64,000 bases of DNA. Origin: a virus. This document shows positions 1 through 8,641 of this stretch, one piece after another. The position numbers and the translations under genes were made by a program. The stretch lies in IMG/VR virus record IMGVR_UViG_3300043775_002552, positions 4,604-68,603 of that record; one strand, given 5' to 3'. How positions within the stretch are numbered: the stretch's first letter is position 1; each line of letters begins with the position of its first letter. The notes beneath the pieces were generated by a model. The model was not told the DNA's origin, ran no database searches, and worked only from the letters and a program-made list of their open reading frames with translations.

Positions 1-1317
1 GGTGTTAATAGTGGTGGAGGAACGACAACCACAACAACTGTACCAACGTTTAATTTAACATTTGAAAACGGATTATCTGATCAATTGGTTGTATTAAGTT
101 ATTTCACATTAGATAATGGTGGTGGTCATCATTTTAAACCTAGAAGAGGTCCTGGTGGTCATTTTGGACCATCAATCACCGAATACGGATCAATGGTAAC
201 AGACGAAAATGGACAAGTTGTATTTAACGGTTTACCAAATGATGGATCTAACTGGAAAATAGATGTTTATAACACATCACTTCAAGACGGAACGGTAGTT
301 TATACTACTGTGTTAGCATTAGAACCTTATGGACCTCAATTACATGAGGATACAACACTCACTAGAAATTTCTATAATGTTGATTTCTTAAATCAAGATG
401 ATAGTGGTATCCTAAGTGGTAAAGATGTTGATATTTATTATATTCCAAAATCATTATTAACTATGGATGTCGATATATTCCCAATTCTAATGTTTAGTGG
501 AACTACAGACGTTAATGGTACAATTAATACGTCTTTAAGTGATGGTTCTTATATTATCAGAACTTATGAAGATAATGGTGACCTATCTTGGGGTCAACGT
601 TTTTATGTTGAAGGTGGTACCGTTTCAATTTATAGACCATTATCTACAGATGTTGAAATTGTTGTTAACAACTTAGCAACAACGATTTGGAATAATATGG
701 TTCCAACAAATAACTCACCTGTAGAAGGTATAGATATTTATTATTATGATAATAGTTTTGAAGTTTATTCTTTTGACCCATCACAACCAATTGGAAATAA
801 TAGTTTCCAATTTGGAAATAATAATTCCCAAGTCATCCCACCTTTAACACTTCTAGGTCAAACTGACTCAAATGGACAATTATCAACAAACGGAACACCT
901 GTATCAATTGAATCGGGTTATATCGGTGTTGTTTGGGGATCAACTGATTCAGAAGGTAGACTATATGGTACCGGTAGAACAGAATCATTAATTAATGATT
1001 TAGGTGTTAATGGTAACGGGGTTAAAACAATTACACTAGATACCGATATTAACATTCGATGGGCCGAATGGCGTCCAGTAATCAACTTAAGTGGTAAAAG
1101 TGTGATATTGTCAAGATTTAATGGAAGTGAATGGGTACCTTTTGACTCATATACATCCATCGCTGATAACACCAATACTTCCTTTGGTTATTTAACTGGT
1201 GGTGTTGAGTATAAACTTGAAGTTTATAACACACAAACAACTGGTGATATAGGTTACAGTGAAACTTGGACTCCGACTTGGGGTGAAAGTAAAACAACCA
1301 ATGTTACTTTAAGTTAA
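1..1317 (+). CDS. 5'-truncated beta-sandwich repeat protein (putative virion surface/adhesin protein)
   Basis: Frame is open from base 1 (GVNSGGGTTTTTTVPT...), so the true start lies upstream of the window. Four TDx(N/E)G motifs (VTDENGQ, TTDVNGT, QTDSNGQ, STDSEGR) are typical of prealbumin/carboxypeptidase-regulatory-like folds. Confidence 0.55.
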   Translation, partial: GVNSGGGTTTTTTVPTFNLTFENGLSDQLVVLSYFTLDNGGGHHFKPRRGPGGHFGPSITEYGSMVTDENGQVVFNGLPNDGSNWKIDVYNTSLQDGTVVYTTVLALEPYGPQLHEDTTLTRNFYNVDFLNQDDSGILSGKDVDIYYIPKSLLTMDVDIFPILMFSGTTDVNGTINTSLSDGSYIIRTYEDNGDLSWGQRFYVEGGTVSIYRPLSTDVEIVVNNLATTIWNNMVPTNNSPVEGIDIYYYDNSFEVYSFDPSQPIGNNSFQFGNNNSQVIPPLTLLGQTDSNGQLSTNGTPVSIESGYIGVVWGSTDSEGRLYGTGRTESLINDLGVNGNGVKTITLDTDINIRWAEWRPVINLSGKSVILSRFNGSEWVPFDSYTSIADNTNTSFGYLTGGVEYKLEVYNTQTTGDIGYSETWTPTWGESKTTNVTLS

Positions 1318-1328
1318 TTAAAGATAAA

Positions 1329-1350
1329 GGGAGGATGAAATACTCCTCCC
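1329..1350. terminator. Hairpin, possible terminator
   Basis: GGGAGGA-TGAAATAC-TCCTCCC inverted repeat just after the stop. No U-tract on the + strand. Confidence 0.4.
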
Positions 1351-1371
1351 AATATCTAAAACAAAAAACTG

Positions 1372-1986
1372 ATGGAAATTAAAGTCTTAAATCTTAAAAC
1401 AGAAAAAAGAAGAAGAGAGTATATGGAGTCCCAATTATCAGGGACTCCACACTCCTTCTTTTATGCTTTATCTCCAAATGATATAGATGAAAAATTATTT
1501 GAAAATAAACCTCATCTATTATCAAAAGAAGCGGTAGCAACATTTGAATCACATAGAAAAATAATTGGATCTTGTGGTGATGAACCTATGTTAGTATTAG
1601 AAGATGATTCTACCCCATTTAAACCTGATTTTATGGAAAAAATAGAAGAACTTTTAAAAACAGAACATAAATGGGACATTATGATACTTGGATACTTCCC
1701 CGATTATAGAAAACTTGAAAGAAAAGACATATGTGATAAATTTGATAAACTATATAAGTTTATTGGAATGCATGCTTATATCATAAACCCATTAAGTGTT
1801 GATAAAATATTATCTCAACTCGGAGAACCAAATGTACACGTTGATTACAGAATCTCCGAACTAATTGAAGAAGATAAAATCATTGGTATATTCTCTAAAA
1901 TAAACATTTTTAGACAAAACAACTGGGACTTTAAAACCCAAATACCTAAAGCAAGAGACATTATAAAGAATGAGGAAAATAAATAA
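1372..1986 (+). CDS. Glycosyltransferase family 25
   Basis: N-terminal VLNL...RR..M, SH..I, LVLEDD and G.HAYII motifs, then HVD, all typical of GT25. Confidence 0.85.
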   Translation: MEIKVLNLKTEKRRREYMESQLSGTPHSFFYALSPNDIDEKLFENKPHLLSKEAVATFESHRKIIGSCGDEPMLVLEDDSTPFKPDFMEKIEELLKTEHKWDIMILGYFPDYRKLERKDICDKFDKLYKFIGMHAYIINPLSVDKILSQLGEPNVHVDYRISELIEEDKIIGIFSKINIFRQNNWDFKTQIPKARDIIKNEENK

Positions 1987-2536
1987 AATATTTCAAATAG
2001 GGTTTAACAAGTGTGGAACCGTATCCCTTTACCATTTTTTTGAAGATAACGGGTTAAAACCAATTCATTGGGATATGGGTATGTTAGCAACCACAATTAA
2101 ATATAACCATAATAACAATCTACCTCTTTTAAAAGGATATGAAAAATATGATGTTTTTACAGACATGGAAAATGTCCATCAAAACCTATATATCCACCTT
2201 ACACACTATAAAGAACTAGACAAACAATATCCAAACTCCAAATTTATTTTAAATCTAAGACCTATAGACAATTGGATCAAATCCAGAGTAAACCACCCAA
2301 ATTATCTTAATGTATTTAAACAAATGACAGGATTTGATGAGGAAGGTGTTATAAACTTATGGAAAAAACAATGGTACGACCATATAGAATCGGTTACAGA
2401 CCATTTTAAAGATAGAGCAAATGATTTATTGGTCTTTGACATTGAAACAGAACAACATAAATTAGTTGAGTTTATTTCTCAATATATTGAATTAAAATCA
2501 ACAGACTACGGTCATCATAACAAAACTGAAAAATAA
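1970..2536 (+). CDS. Sulfotransferase family protein (P-loop type)
   Basis: KIFQIGFNKCGTVSL (5'-PSB loop) and YPNSKFILNLRPIDNWIKS (3'-PB motif). Confidence 0.8.
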   Translation: MRKINKIFQIGFNKCGTVSLYHFFEDNGLKPIHWDMGMLATTIKYNHNNNLPLLKGYEKYDVFTDMENVHQNLYIHLTHYKELDKQYPNSKFILNLRPIDNWIKSRVNHPNYLNVFKQMTGFDEEGVINLWKKQWYDHIESVTDHFKDRANDLLVFDIETEQHKLVEFISQYIELKSTDYGHHNKTEK

Positions 2537-3189
2537 TGTTAGTATCTCATAAACACAAATTTATTTATATTAAAAGTATAAAGACTGCCGGAACAAGTAC
2601 TGAAATATTTCTAGAACCTTACTGTGTGACCAATGTATTGGAGAGTCATGGAAGAGAAATGATTCAAACCAATGAAGGTATAATCGGAACTAGAATGAAC
2701 CAACATCTAGCCGAAATTTCAGAATTCTATAACCATATGCCCCCATATAAAATAAAAAATAGCATAGGTGAAGAAACATTTAACTCTTATACTAAAATAA
2801 TCAACATCAGAAACCCATTTGATATGATGGTTAGTCATTACTATTTCAAACCAACATTTGATTTATATAGTAATAGTGAAATGTCTTTTGAAGATTATTT
2901 GTTAAAAACAAATGTCGTTGAGGATCTATCCAAAAAATATAGAGACTTAATGTATATAGAAGATGAGTTTATAGTTGATGAAATTGTAAGATTTGAAAAT
3001 TTAGAGGAAGATATTTTTAAACTATTAGACAAATTAGAGTTACCTTCCCCTAAAAGGGAATTGGGTGAGTATAAGAAAAATAAAAGAAGACCTGATAAAG
3101 ATTGGAAGAAAATGTATTCAAACGAAACAAAAGAATTAGTTGAAAAACATTTTAAATTTTATATGGATCTATTTAACTATTCATTTTAA
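2536..3189 (+). CDS. Sulfotransferase family 2 protein
   Basis: SHKHKFIYIKSIKTAGTS, RNPFDMMVSHY, IVRFENLEED and C-terminal D..LFNYSF. Confidence 0.85.
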   Translation: MLVSHKHKFIYIKSIKTAGTSTEIFLEPYCVTNVLESHGREMIQTNEGIIGTRMNQHLAEISEFYNHMPPYKIKNSIGEETFNSYTKIINIRNPFDMMVSHYYFKPTFDLYSNSEMSFEDYLLKTNVVEDLSKKYRDLMYIEDEFIVDEIVRFENLEEDIFKLLDKLELPSPKRELGEYKKNKRRPDKDWKKMYSNETKELVEKHFKFYMDLFNYSF

Positions 3190-3395
3190 TGAAAAATAAA
3201 AAAGAATATACCTTTTTGAAATATACCTTAAAAACAATAAGTTATAGAGTAATGGGTACATTAATCACCTTCTTAACTGCAATGTCATTAAATATCCCAT
3301 TTAAAATATCGGCAGTGTTAAGTTTAGGTGAATTGGTTATAAAACCTATATTTTATTTTTTACATGAGATGTTTTGGGATAAAAAATCATTTTGA
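3189..3395 (+). CDS. DUF2061-like small membrane protein
   Basis: LKTISYRVMGT...ELVIK..FYFLHEMFW pattern with two hydrophobic segments. Start overlaps the previous stop. Confidence 0.75.
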   Translation: MKNKKEYTFLKYTLKTISYRVMGTLITFLTAMSLNIPFKISAVLSLGELVIKPIFYFLHEMFWDKKSF

Positions 3396-4372
3396 ATAAA
3401 ATCTTTCATTATATCAATGTACTTTATAGTACAACTATTACTATCAATATAATCAAAATGATTTGGGTTCTCCTTTAATTTTTCAATTGGATTTACATTG
3501 ATGTATTCACCCTTATAGAACTTTGTTTTTTTCAAATTATCTGTAACACCAGCCATATGTAAAATAGGTGTTTGTTCATATCTAGATATTGTATCTGTTG
3601 CCCAAGAAAATTCAAGTTCCTTAACCACCTTTGTTTCAATACCAAACTTCCATATGTTCCATAACATTGACCACATCTCAGCAGTCCAAAATTGAATTTG
3701 TCCTGGATTGATCGGAAAACGTTTTTGATAGTCATTCATTTGGTCATACAACGGTGTACAATCAAGATATATTTTATCCCACAATTCAAAGTTAGTATTT
3801 TTTAAAAGATATTGTCCACCACCAGAATTTGGTTGATTCTCTTTAACAACATCTATATCAATTTCAACCACATCACACATCTCTTGTAGTAGTTGTAATT
3901 TTTCAGATGACGGATACTGTCTTTCATATCTATCACAACAATCTTTAATATAGTTATATCCAATATAACCAATGGTATCTGATAGATATGAAATCTCATC
4001 TTTTAATAAAGAATCAAAATCAGGTAATTCTCTAAAGATGATATCCGCATCGTGTAAAAATATTAACTTACCTAATTTAGGATAATCTTTTATCCACCTT
4101 GAAACAAGGTATGGTTTTATACTTGGGATGTATGATTTTTTATTTCTATTATCTTTATAGAAATGAATATTACACCCAAGATTATCTAATCGTTTTGAAC
4201 CTTCTGTCCTTTCTTTAGACCCGTTTGGTAAAGAAAAAATAACGTGAATCTGTTTTGGGTCTATCCCTAGAGATTTAAAATTATGAACATATAGTTCCAC
4301 TTGCCAATGAAAGTAGGGAACATCGGGTTGAGCGGTTACATAAATAATATCTTCCTTATTATAGGTTTTCAT
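3353..4372 (-). CDS. GT-A glycosyltransferase resembling plant/algal peptide O-glycosyltransferases (GT95 HPAT / GT96 SERGT-like)
   Basis: YFHWQ..L..HNF, Y.PSIKP....W, LHDADIIF (DxD) and WTAEMW motifs, collinear with the YFDWQ / YPAINKP / LDADM / WISEMY motifs recalled for GT96. Start moved to the ATG at 4372. Confidence 0.65.
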   Translation of the reverse strand: MKTYNKEDIIYVTAQPDVPYFHWQVELYVHNFKSLGIDPKQIHVIFSLPNGSKERTEGSKRLDNLGCNIHFYKDNRNKKSYIPSIKPYLVSRWIKDYPKLGKLIFLHDADIIFRELPDFDSLLKDEISYLSDTIGYIGYNYIKDCCDRYERQYPSSEKLQLLQEMCDVVEIDIDVVKENQPNSGGGQYLLKNTNFELWDKIYLDCTPLYDQMNDYQKRFPINPGQIQFWTAEMWSMLWNIWKFGIETKVVKELEFSWATDTISRYEQTPILHMAGVTDNLKKTKFYKGEYINVNPIEKLKENPNHFDYIDSNSCTIKYIDIMKDFIQNDFLSQNISCKK

Positions 4373-4376
4373 ATTA

Positions 4377-4384
4377 TATAAATA
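4377..4384 (-). promoter_or_regulatory. TATTTATA putative late promoter
   Basis: TATTTATA on the minus strand, 4 nt before the ATG at 4372. Motif recurs upstream of many genes. Confidence 0.55.
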
Positions 4385-4493
4385 TTTAAATATCACAAAC
4401 TACTAATTTATTAATGTAAATTACTAATTACTACCTATAAATATAGTTATGTGTTTGTTTTAAATTGTATTTATGTTTAGTTAGCTAACAAAA

Positions 4494-4501
4494 TATTTAT
4501 A
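4494..4501 (+). promoter_or_regulatory. TATTTATA putative late promoter
   Basis: Motif upstream of the fibre gene at 4583. A second TATTTAT lies at 4468-4474. Confidence 0.45.
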
Positions 4502-4582
4502 TCCTTATTAAAATTTATCGGTAAAGGGGTTTCTCCTAAATGGTATAAAGTTTACCATTAAACTTGCTAAAAAAAAATAAAA

Positions 4583-6526
4583 ATGGCAGAAACTAAAATC
4601 GTCTTAAATAGACAGTCCGATTTAATATTGGACAACGCACAAATCACAGCACCTGTTGGTATCGTAGTTGCAGATATTGATGGTTTACAATCCGTTGTAA
4701 CCTCAATTGATACAAACGTATCTGAACTATTATCAACTGAATTATCTAATCGTGTTGCTGGTGATGACTCTCTAGCTGCTGGACTTTCTACAGAAGTAGC
4801 TAACCGTGAATCAGATGTTAATGCTGAGGAATCAAGAGCTATCGTAGCAGAAACTTCATTACAAAACAACATTGAAGCTGAAGCTTCTTTAAGAGTTGTT
4901 GGTGATGAAAGTTTAGAAAACGCAATGATGGCGGCAGATAGTTCATTAGCTACTGACTTATCTTCTGAAACTGCTAGAGCAGAATCAGCTGAGGCTTCAT
5001 TGAACACTAAAGTTGATTTCGTAATCTCTAACACAGATCCTGCGGCTATTGACTCATTAACTGAGATCGTTGGTGCTTTCCAATCAGCTGATGGTGACCT
5101 AAATGGTGCTATTACATCTTTGGCTACTGCGGCAACATTGGCGGTTAATAACGAAGCATCTATCCGTTTGGCGGCTGATGACGTATTAACTTCTGACTTG
5201 TCAACTGAGGTTGCCAATCGTGAAGCTGCGGTATCTTTGGAGGAAGCTGCTCGTATCTCAGGTGATATGTCAGTTAATGCTGATTTGTCTACAGAAGTAG
5301 CAAACAGAGAAGCAGCAGTATCTACTGAAGCATCTGCTCGTGTTGCTGGTGACTCTTCATTGGAAACTAAAATTACAACAGACTTATCATTAGCTAATTC
5401 ATCTATTGATTCTGCTTTAAGTACTGAGACATCTAACAGAATTGCTGATGTTGATGCTGAGGAATCAAGAGCTATGTCTGTGGAGGCAGTATTGACTTCT
5501 GATTTATCTTCTGAGGTTGTTAACAGAACATCTGCAGTCTCTACTGAAGCGTCTTTACGTGGTGTTGCAATTGACAACGAAGCGTCAATTCGTTTGGTCG
5601 CTGATGATTCAATCGCTGCAGGTCTTTCTTCTGAACTTGTGGCTCGTGAATCTGCAGTATCTGCTGAAGCATCTTCAAGAGTATTAGGTGACTCATCTTT
5701 AGCTTCAGGACTTTCTTCTGAAGTGTCTAGAGCGGAATCTGCTGAGGGTTCATTGGCAACAACCATTGCTAATGTAATCTCTAACGCTGACCCAGCTGCT
5801 CTTGATTCACTTGTTGAAATTGTTAATGCATTCCAAAGTGCTGACGGTGACTTAAATGGTGCTATCACTTCATTGGCAACTGATTTATCTTCTGATATTT
5901 CTACTGAAGTTGATGCTAGAATGTCAGCAGATTTTTCGTTAGAATCTAATTTAACAAATTATATTTCTAATGAATATTATGGTCCTATGCAAACATTGTA
6001 CAGAGAGATATCTGACCGTGTATATATGGATCAGTCATTGGCTACGGATTTATCTACTGAAATTTCAAGAGCACAAGAGGCTGAAACATCATTAGAAACA
6101 GCGTTGTCAACTGAAGTATCTTACTTAATTGCTAACACAGACCTTACGGCAATTGATTCATTTGCTGAAGTATCTGCGACAATAGAACACACATACCACC
6201 AAGTATTACCTTTATGGTATGATGAGGCAAACCCATTACCTATAAGTCTAAATTACGGAGTTAATTTCAACCAAATAGATGGGTCTAATCCGGTATTTGT
6301 TACACAAACACCAATTAAAGTTGGTTCAGAAAACATCTATTTAAATGGTATGCTTTTGACTAGAGGTAAGGATTATAATACCGCATATATGCCTCACCAG
6401 ATGTCTATTATTGACAATCAGTTAAATGGTGTTAATACTTTTGCGTTTAGGTTTTTGTTCACCTCCCCACAACCAGGTGATACAATCACAATTTATGGTG
6501 TTTATGATAATAGAATGTTGCCTTAA
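4583..6526 (+). CDS. Coiled-coil repeat fibre protein (whisker/tail-fibre-like)
   Basis: Many LS(T/S)E(V/T)xxR / EASxRxxxD repeats. Two near-identical DPAA(I/L)DSLxEIVxAFQSADGDLNGAITSLAT units and a third degenerate one resemble phage fibre LDTLxE motifs. Globular C-terminus contains IYLNGMLL..G.DY. Confidence 0.7.
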   Translation: MAETKIVLNRQSDLILDNAQITAPVGIVVADIDGLQSVVTSIDTNVSELLSTELSNRVAGDDSLAAGLSTEVANRESDVNAEESRAIVAETSLQNNIEAEASLRVVGDESLENAMMAADSSLATDLSSETARAESAEASLNTKVDFVISNTDPAAIDSLTEIVGAFQSADGDLNGAITSLATAATLAVNNEASIRLAADDVLTSDLSTEVANREAAVSLEEAARISGDMSVNADLSTEVANREAAVSTEASARVAGDSSLETKITTDLSLANSSIDSALSTETSNRIADVDAEESRAMSVEAVLTSDLSSEVVNRTSAVSTEASLRGVAIDNEASIRLVADDSIAAGLSSELVARESAVSAEASSRVLGDSSLASGLSSEVSRAESAEGSLATTIANVISNADPAALDSLVEIVNAFQSADGDLNGAITSLATDLSSDISTEVDARMSADFSLESNLTNYISNEYYGPMQTLYREISDRVYMDQSLATDLSTEISRAQEAETSLETALSTEVSYLIANTDLTAIDSFAEVSATIEHTYHQVLPLWYDEANPLPISLNYGVNFNQIDGSNPVFVTQTPIKVGSENIYLNGMLLTRGKDYNTAYMPHQMSIIDNQLNGVNTFAFRFLFTSPQPGDTITIYGVYDNRMLP

Positions 6527-6548
6527 TATATTTTATAATTGTAACCAT

Positions 6549-6584
6549 AAAAAAAAGGGACTCAGAAATGAGTCCCCTTTTTTT
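6549..6584. terminator. Bidirectional intrinsic terminator
   Basis: A-tract, GGGACTCA-GAAA-TGAGTCCC, T-tract, located between convergent genes. Confidence 0.9.
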
Positions 6585-6599
6585 ATCAATAAATATAAT

Positions 6600-7832
6600 T
6601 TATATTTTATTATAAAGGTTTGTCTTTGGATTGTATTTTAACCCCTTATTTCCACCATTAAATAAGTTCTCAATCAATTTATCATAAGTACGAACAATAT
6701 CCATATTATCAGCGTGATAACGTTGTAGAACCTTATCATTTCTTTCATCATATGATTCAATATTCTTGTCGTGTTCTTTTAGGATATAATCAAGTTGTTT
6801 TGCCCCAGCAATGGTATCAGACCCTTCATAGTAATATCCAAGATCTTTACACATTGGTGCGTTATGTAAAACAGGATAACCTAAGAATACCGCATCCAAA
6901 TATAAATAATTTAATGGGTTCAAAATCTGATGACAAATCAAGACATCCAAATGTTGGGTTAACATATATGCGGTTTGATATCTACTTTCAGCAGATATTT
7001 TACCGTCCTTATATAAGTCAAATGTGGCAATCATTGCCAAAAATTCCTTATGTGATTTAACTTTTTCAGAGTTTGTAATACGTAGTTTATCAATATGTTC
7101 CTTACCAATTTCACCACGATAACATTCTTCAGCAATCATAGTTGGAATCAAACTAAACTTAACGATATTCAAGTTAGGTTCCATAATACCCAAGATTTTT
7201 TTATCTTTTCCAATCTCGTATTGCCAAGACTTTTTATAAGTCCCACGTTTAAATCCTTTTTCAATATCGGTTACACTTTCAAGTAAAAACTTATGGTGCC
7301 AAATGAAAGGAACGATAAGGGCGTTTGTACGATATAAAGTATGGTAATACCCACGATTAACCTCATCTTGTTGGGGTATGTACCATATCTCATCATACTG
7401 TTCATCAAACTGATATGACTTAGTGGGATTCTCACCAAAAAGAATATTTTCCATTGCGATTACATAGTTATTACCACATTTATAAGCAATAATCTTTTTA
7501 TGTTCACCTGATTTTTTAAATGAATCAATTTGGTGATTATGAATTTGAGCACCCATAACAACTAACATATCCATTTCCAAATACTTATCTTCAAAATAAC
7601 TAACATCAATATCATTTAGATAAGATGGTTTAGTTGAGAAATCGGCCTTTAATGTATTCAATAAATGAATTTCATAATTCTTTTCGGAATTTTTTAACAT
7701 ATGAATCATCATTAAAACGTTTTGTTTGATTCCATTTGTCCATATTGATTCTTTGTTATCCTTTAAACCTAAAGTGATTCCGATTTTAATTTTTTCGGTG
7801 TTAAACCCTTTTTTTGTTGTTTTTTTAGCCAT
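6600..7832 (-). CDS. DUF2827 family protein (putative glycosyltransferase-like)
   Basis: SIWTNGIKQN, CGNNYV, EIWYIPQ, VPFIW, EPNLNIVKFSLIP and HQILNPLNYLYLD...GYPVLHN motifs. Likely start is the ATG at 7832, overlapping the upstream stop. Confidence 0.8.
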   Translation of the reverse strand: MAKKTTKKGFNTEKIKIGITLGLKDNKESIWTNGIKQNVLMMIHMLKNSEKNYEIHLLNTLKADFSTKPSYLNDIDVSYFEDKYLEMDMLVVMGAQIHNHQIDSFKKSGEHKKIIAYKCGNNYVIAMENILFGENPTKSYQFDEQYDEIWYIPQQDEVNRGYYHTLYRTNALIVPFIWHHKFLLESVTDIEKGFKRGTYKKSWQYEIGKDKKILGIMEPNLNIVKFSLIPTMIAEECYRGEIGKEHIDKLRITNSEKVKSHKEFLAMIATFDLYKDGKISAESRYQTAYMLTQHLDVLICHQILNPLNYLYLDAVFLGYPVLHNAPMCKDLGYYYEGSDTIAGAKQLDYILKEHDKNIESYDERNDKVLQRYHADNMDIVRTYDKLIENLFNGGNKGLKYNPKTNLYNKI

Positions 7833-8400
7833 GTTTTTTAACAAATAATTCAATTAATTTATTTTTTTCTTCTTCAGTTTTTGCCATGTAGTATAACCAT
7901 ATAAAAGAAGCCTCAATACTTTTTAATTCATTTTTTTTCATTTCAATTAAAGCAATTAAAGTTCCCTTATCTTCAAAATCAATTTCAAAATCAATTGATA
8001 ATTGATCACATATTATAAATAGTTCCATAAGATTATATTCATCCGCAGCAATTGTAGCATTCATATAAAGATTTATTAACTCTTCAGAATTTGTCTTATC
8101 AGGGTGTGTTTTTTTAACTATTTCCCTATATAATTTTTTTACTTTATCTTTAACTGATTTATCTACCGAGTCAGGTTCAATTTTTGGTTTTTTTGGTAGA
8201 TTAACTTCTTCTTCCTTTTTTTCCGTTTTTGGTTCAGGATCGTTGTTAATACCAAGTTCGGATCTTAATTTTTGTGTTTTTTCTAAAAATTCAGGTCTAT
8301 TCTCTGAGATAACTTCTTTTTTAAATTCATCATCTAATAGTAAAAAATTATACTCCTGTATTAACTTTTTAATTTCTAATCTTTTAAGTTTATCCTCCAT
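7825..8400 (-). CDS. J-domain (DnaJ-like) protein
   Basis: VKKLYREIVKKTHPDK (helix II plus HPD) in the middle of a charged helical protein. ATG at 8400. Confidence 0.8.
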   Translation of the reverse strand: MEDKLKRLEIKKLIQEYNFLLLDDEFKKEVISENRPEFLEKTQKLRSELGINNDPEPKTEKKEEEVNLPKKPKIEPDSVDKSVKDKVKKLYREIVKKTHPDKTNSEELINLYMNATIAADEYNLMELFIICDQLSIDFEIDFEDKGTLIALIEMKKNELKSIEASFIWLYYMAKTEEEKNKLIELFVKKHG

Positions 8401-8404
8401 CAAT

Positions 8405-8435
8405 TATAAATATTAAACTTTAAGAGATATTTATA
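8405..8435. promoter_or_regulatory. Back-to-back TATTTATA elements (divergent promoter pair)
   Basis: Minus-strand TATTTATA at 8405-8412 lies 4 nt from the ATG at 8400. Plus-strand TATTTATA at 8428-8435 lies 5 nt from the ATG at 8441. Confidence 0.6.
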
Positions 8436-8440
8436 AGTAA

Positions 8441-8641
8441 ATGGTTAATATGAAAATTTTTAAACACATAATACATTTATTACCTGTCGTAGGTCTTGGT
8501 ATTGCTGGTTGTCTTTACCCTACTTGGATAAGAGATGGATACTTAGAGGATTGGTATCCAAGAATCGGAGCGTTCGTAGCAATTTATGGAGGTTTCGTCG
8601 GATCATTAATTTGGTATTTACAAAACAAAAAATATTTTTGA
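8441..8641 (+). CDS. Small two-TM membrane protein
   Basis: Two hydrophobic segments and a basic C-terminus. Stop overlaps the next ATG. Confidence 0.6.
   Translation: MVNMKIFKHIIHLLPVVGLGIAGCLYPTWIRDGYLEDWYPRIGAFVAIYGGFVGSLIWYLQNKKYF

Noticed and set aside
4567-5868. 433-aa antisense ORF
   Set aside because: It mirrors the repetitive, codon-biased fibre gene in register. Shadow ORF with no independent signals.
8509-8640. Upstream extension of the 8509..9024 ORF
   Set aside because: Overlaps the 8441 gene. The ATG at 8641 coupled to its stop is the more plausible start.
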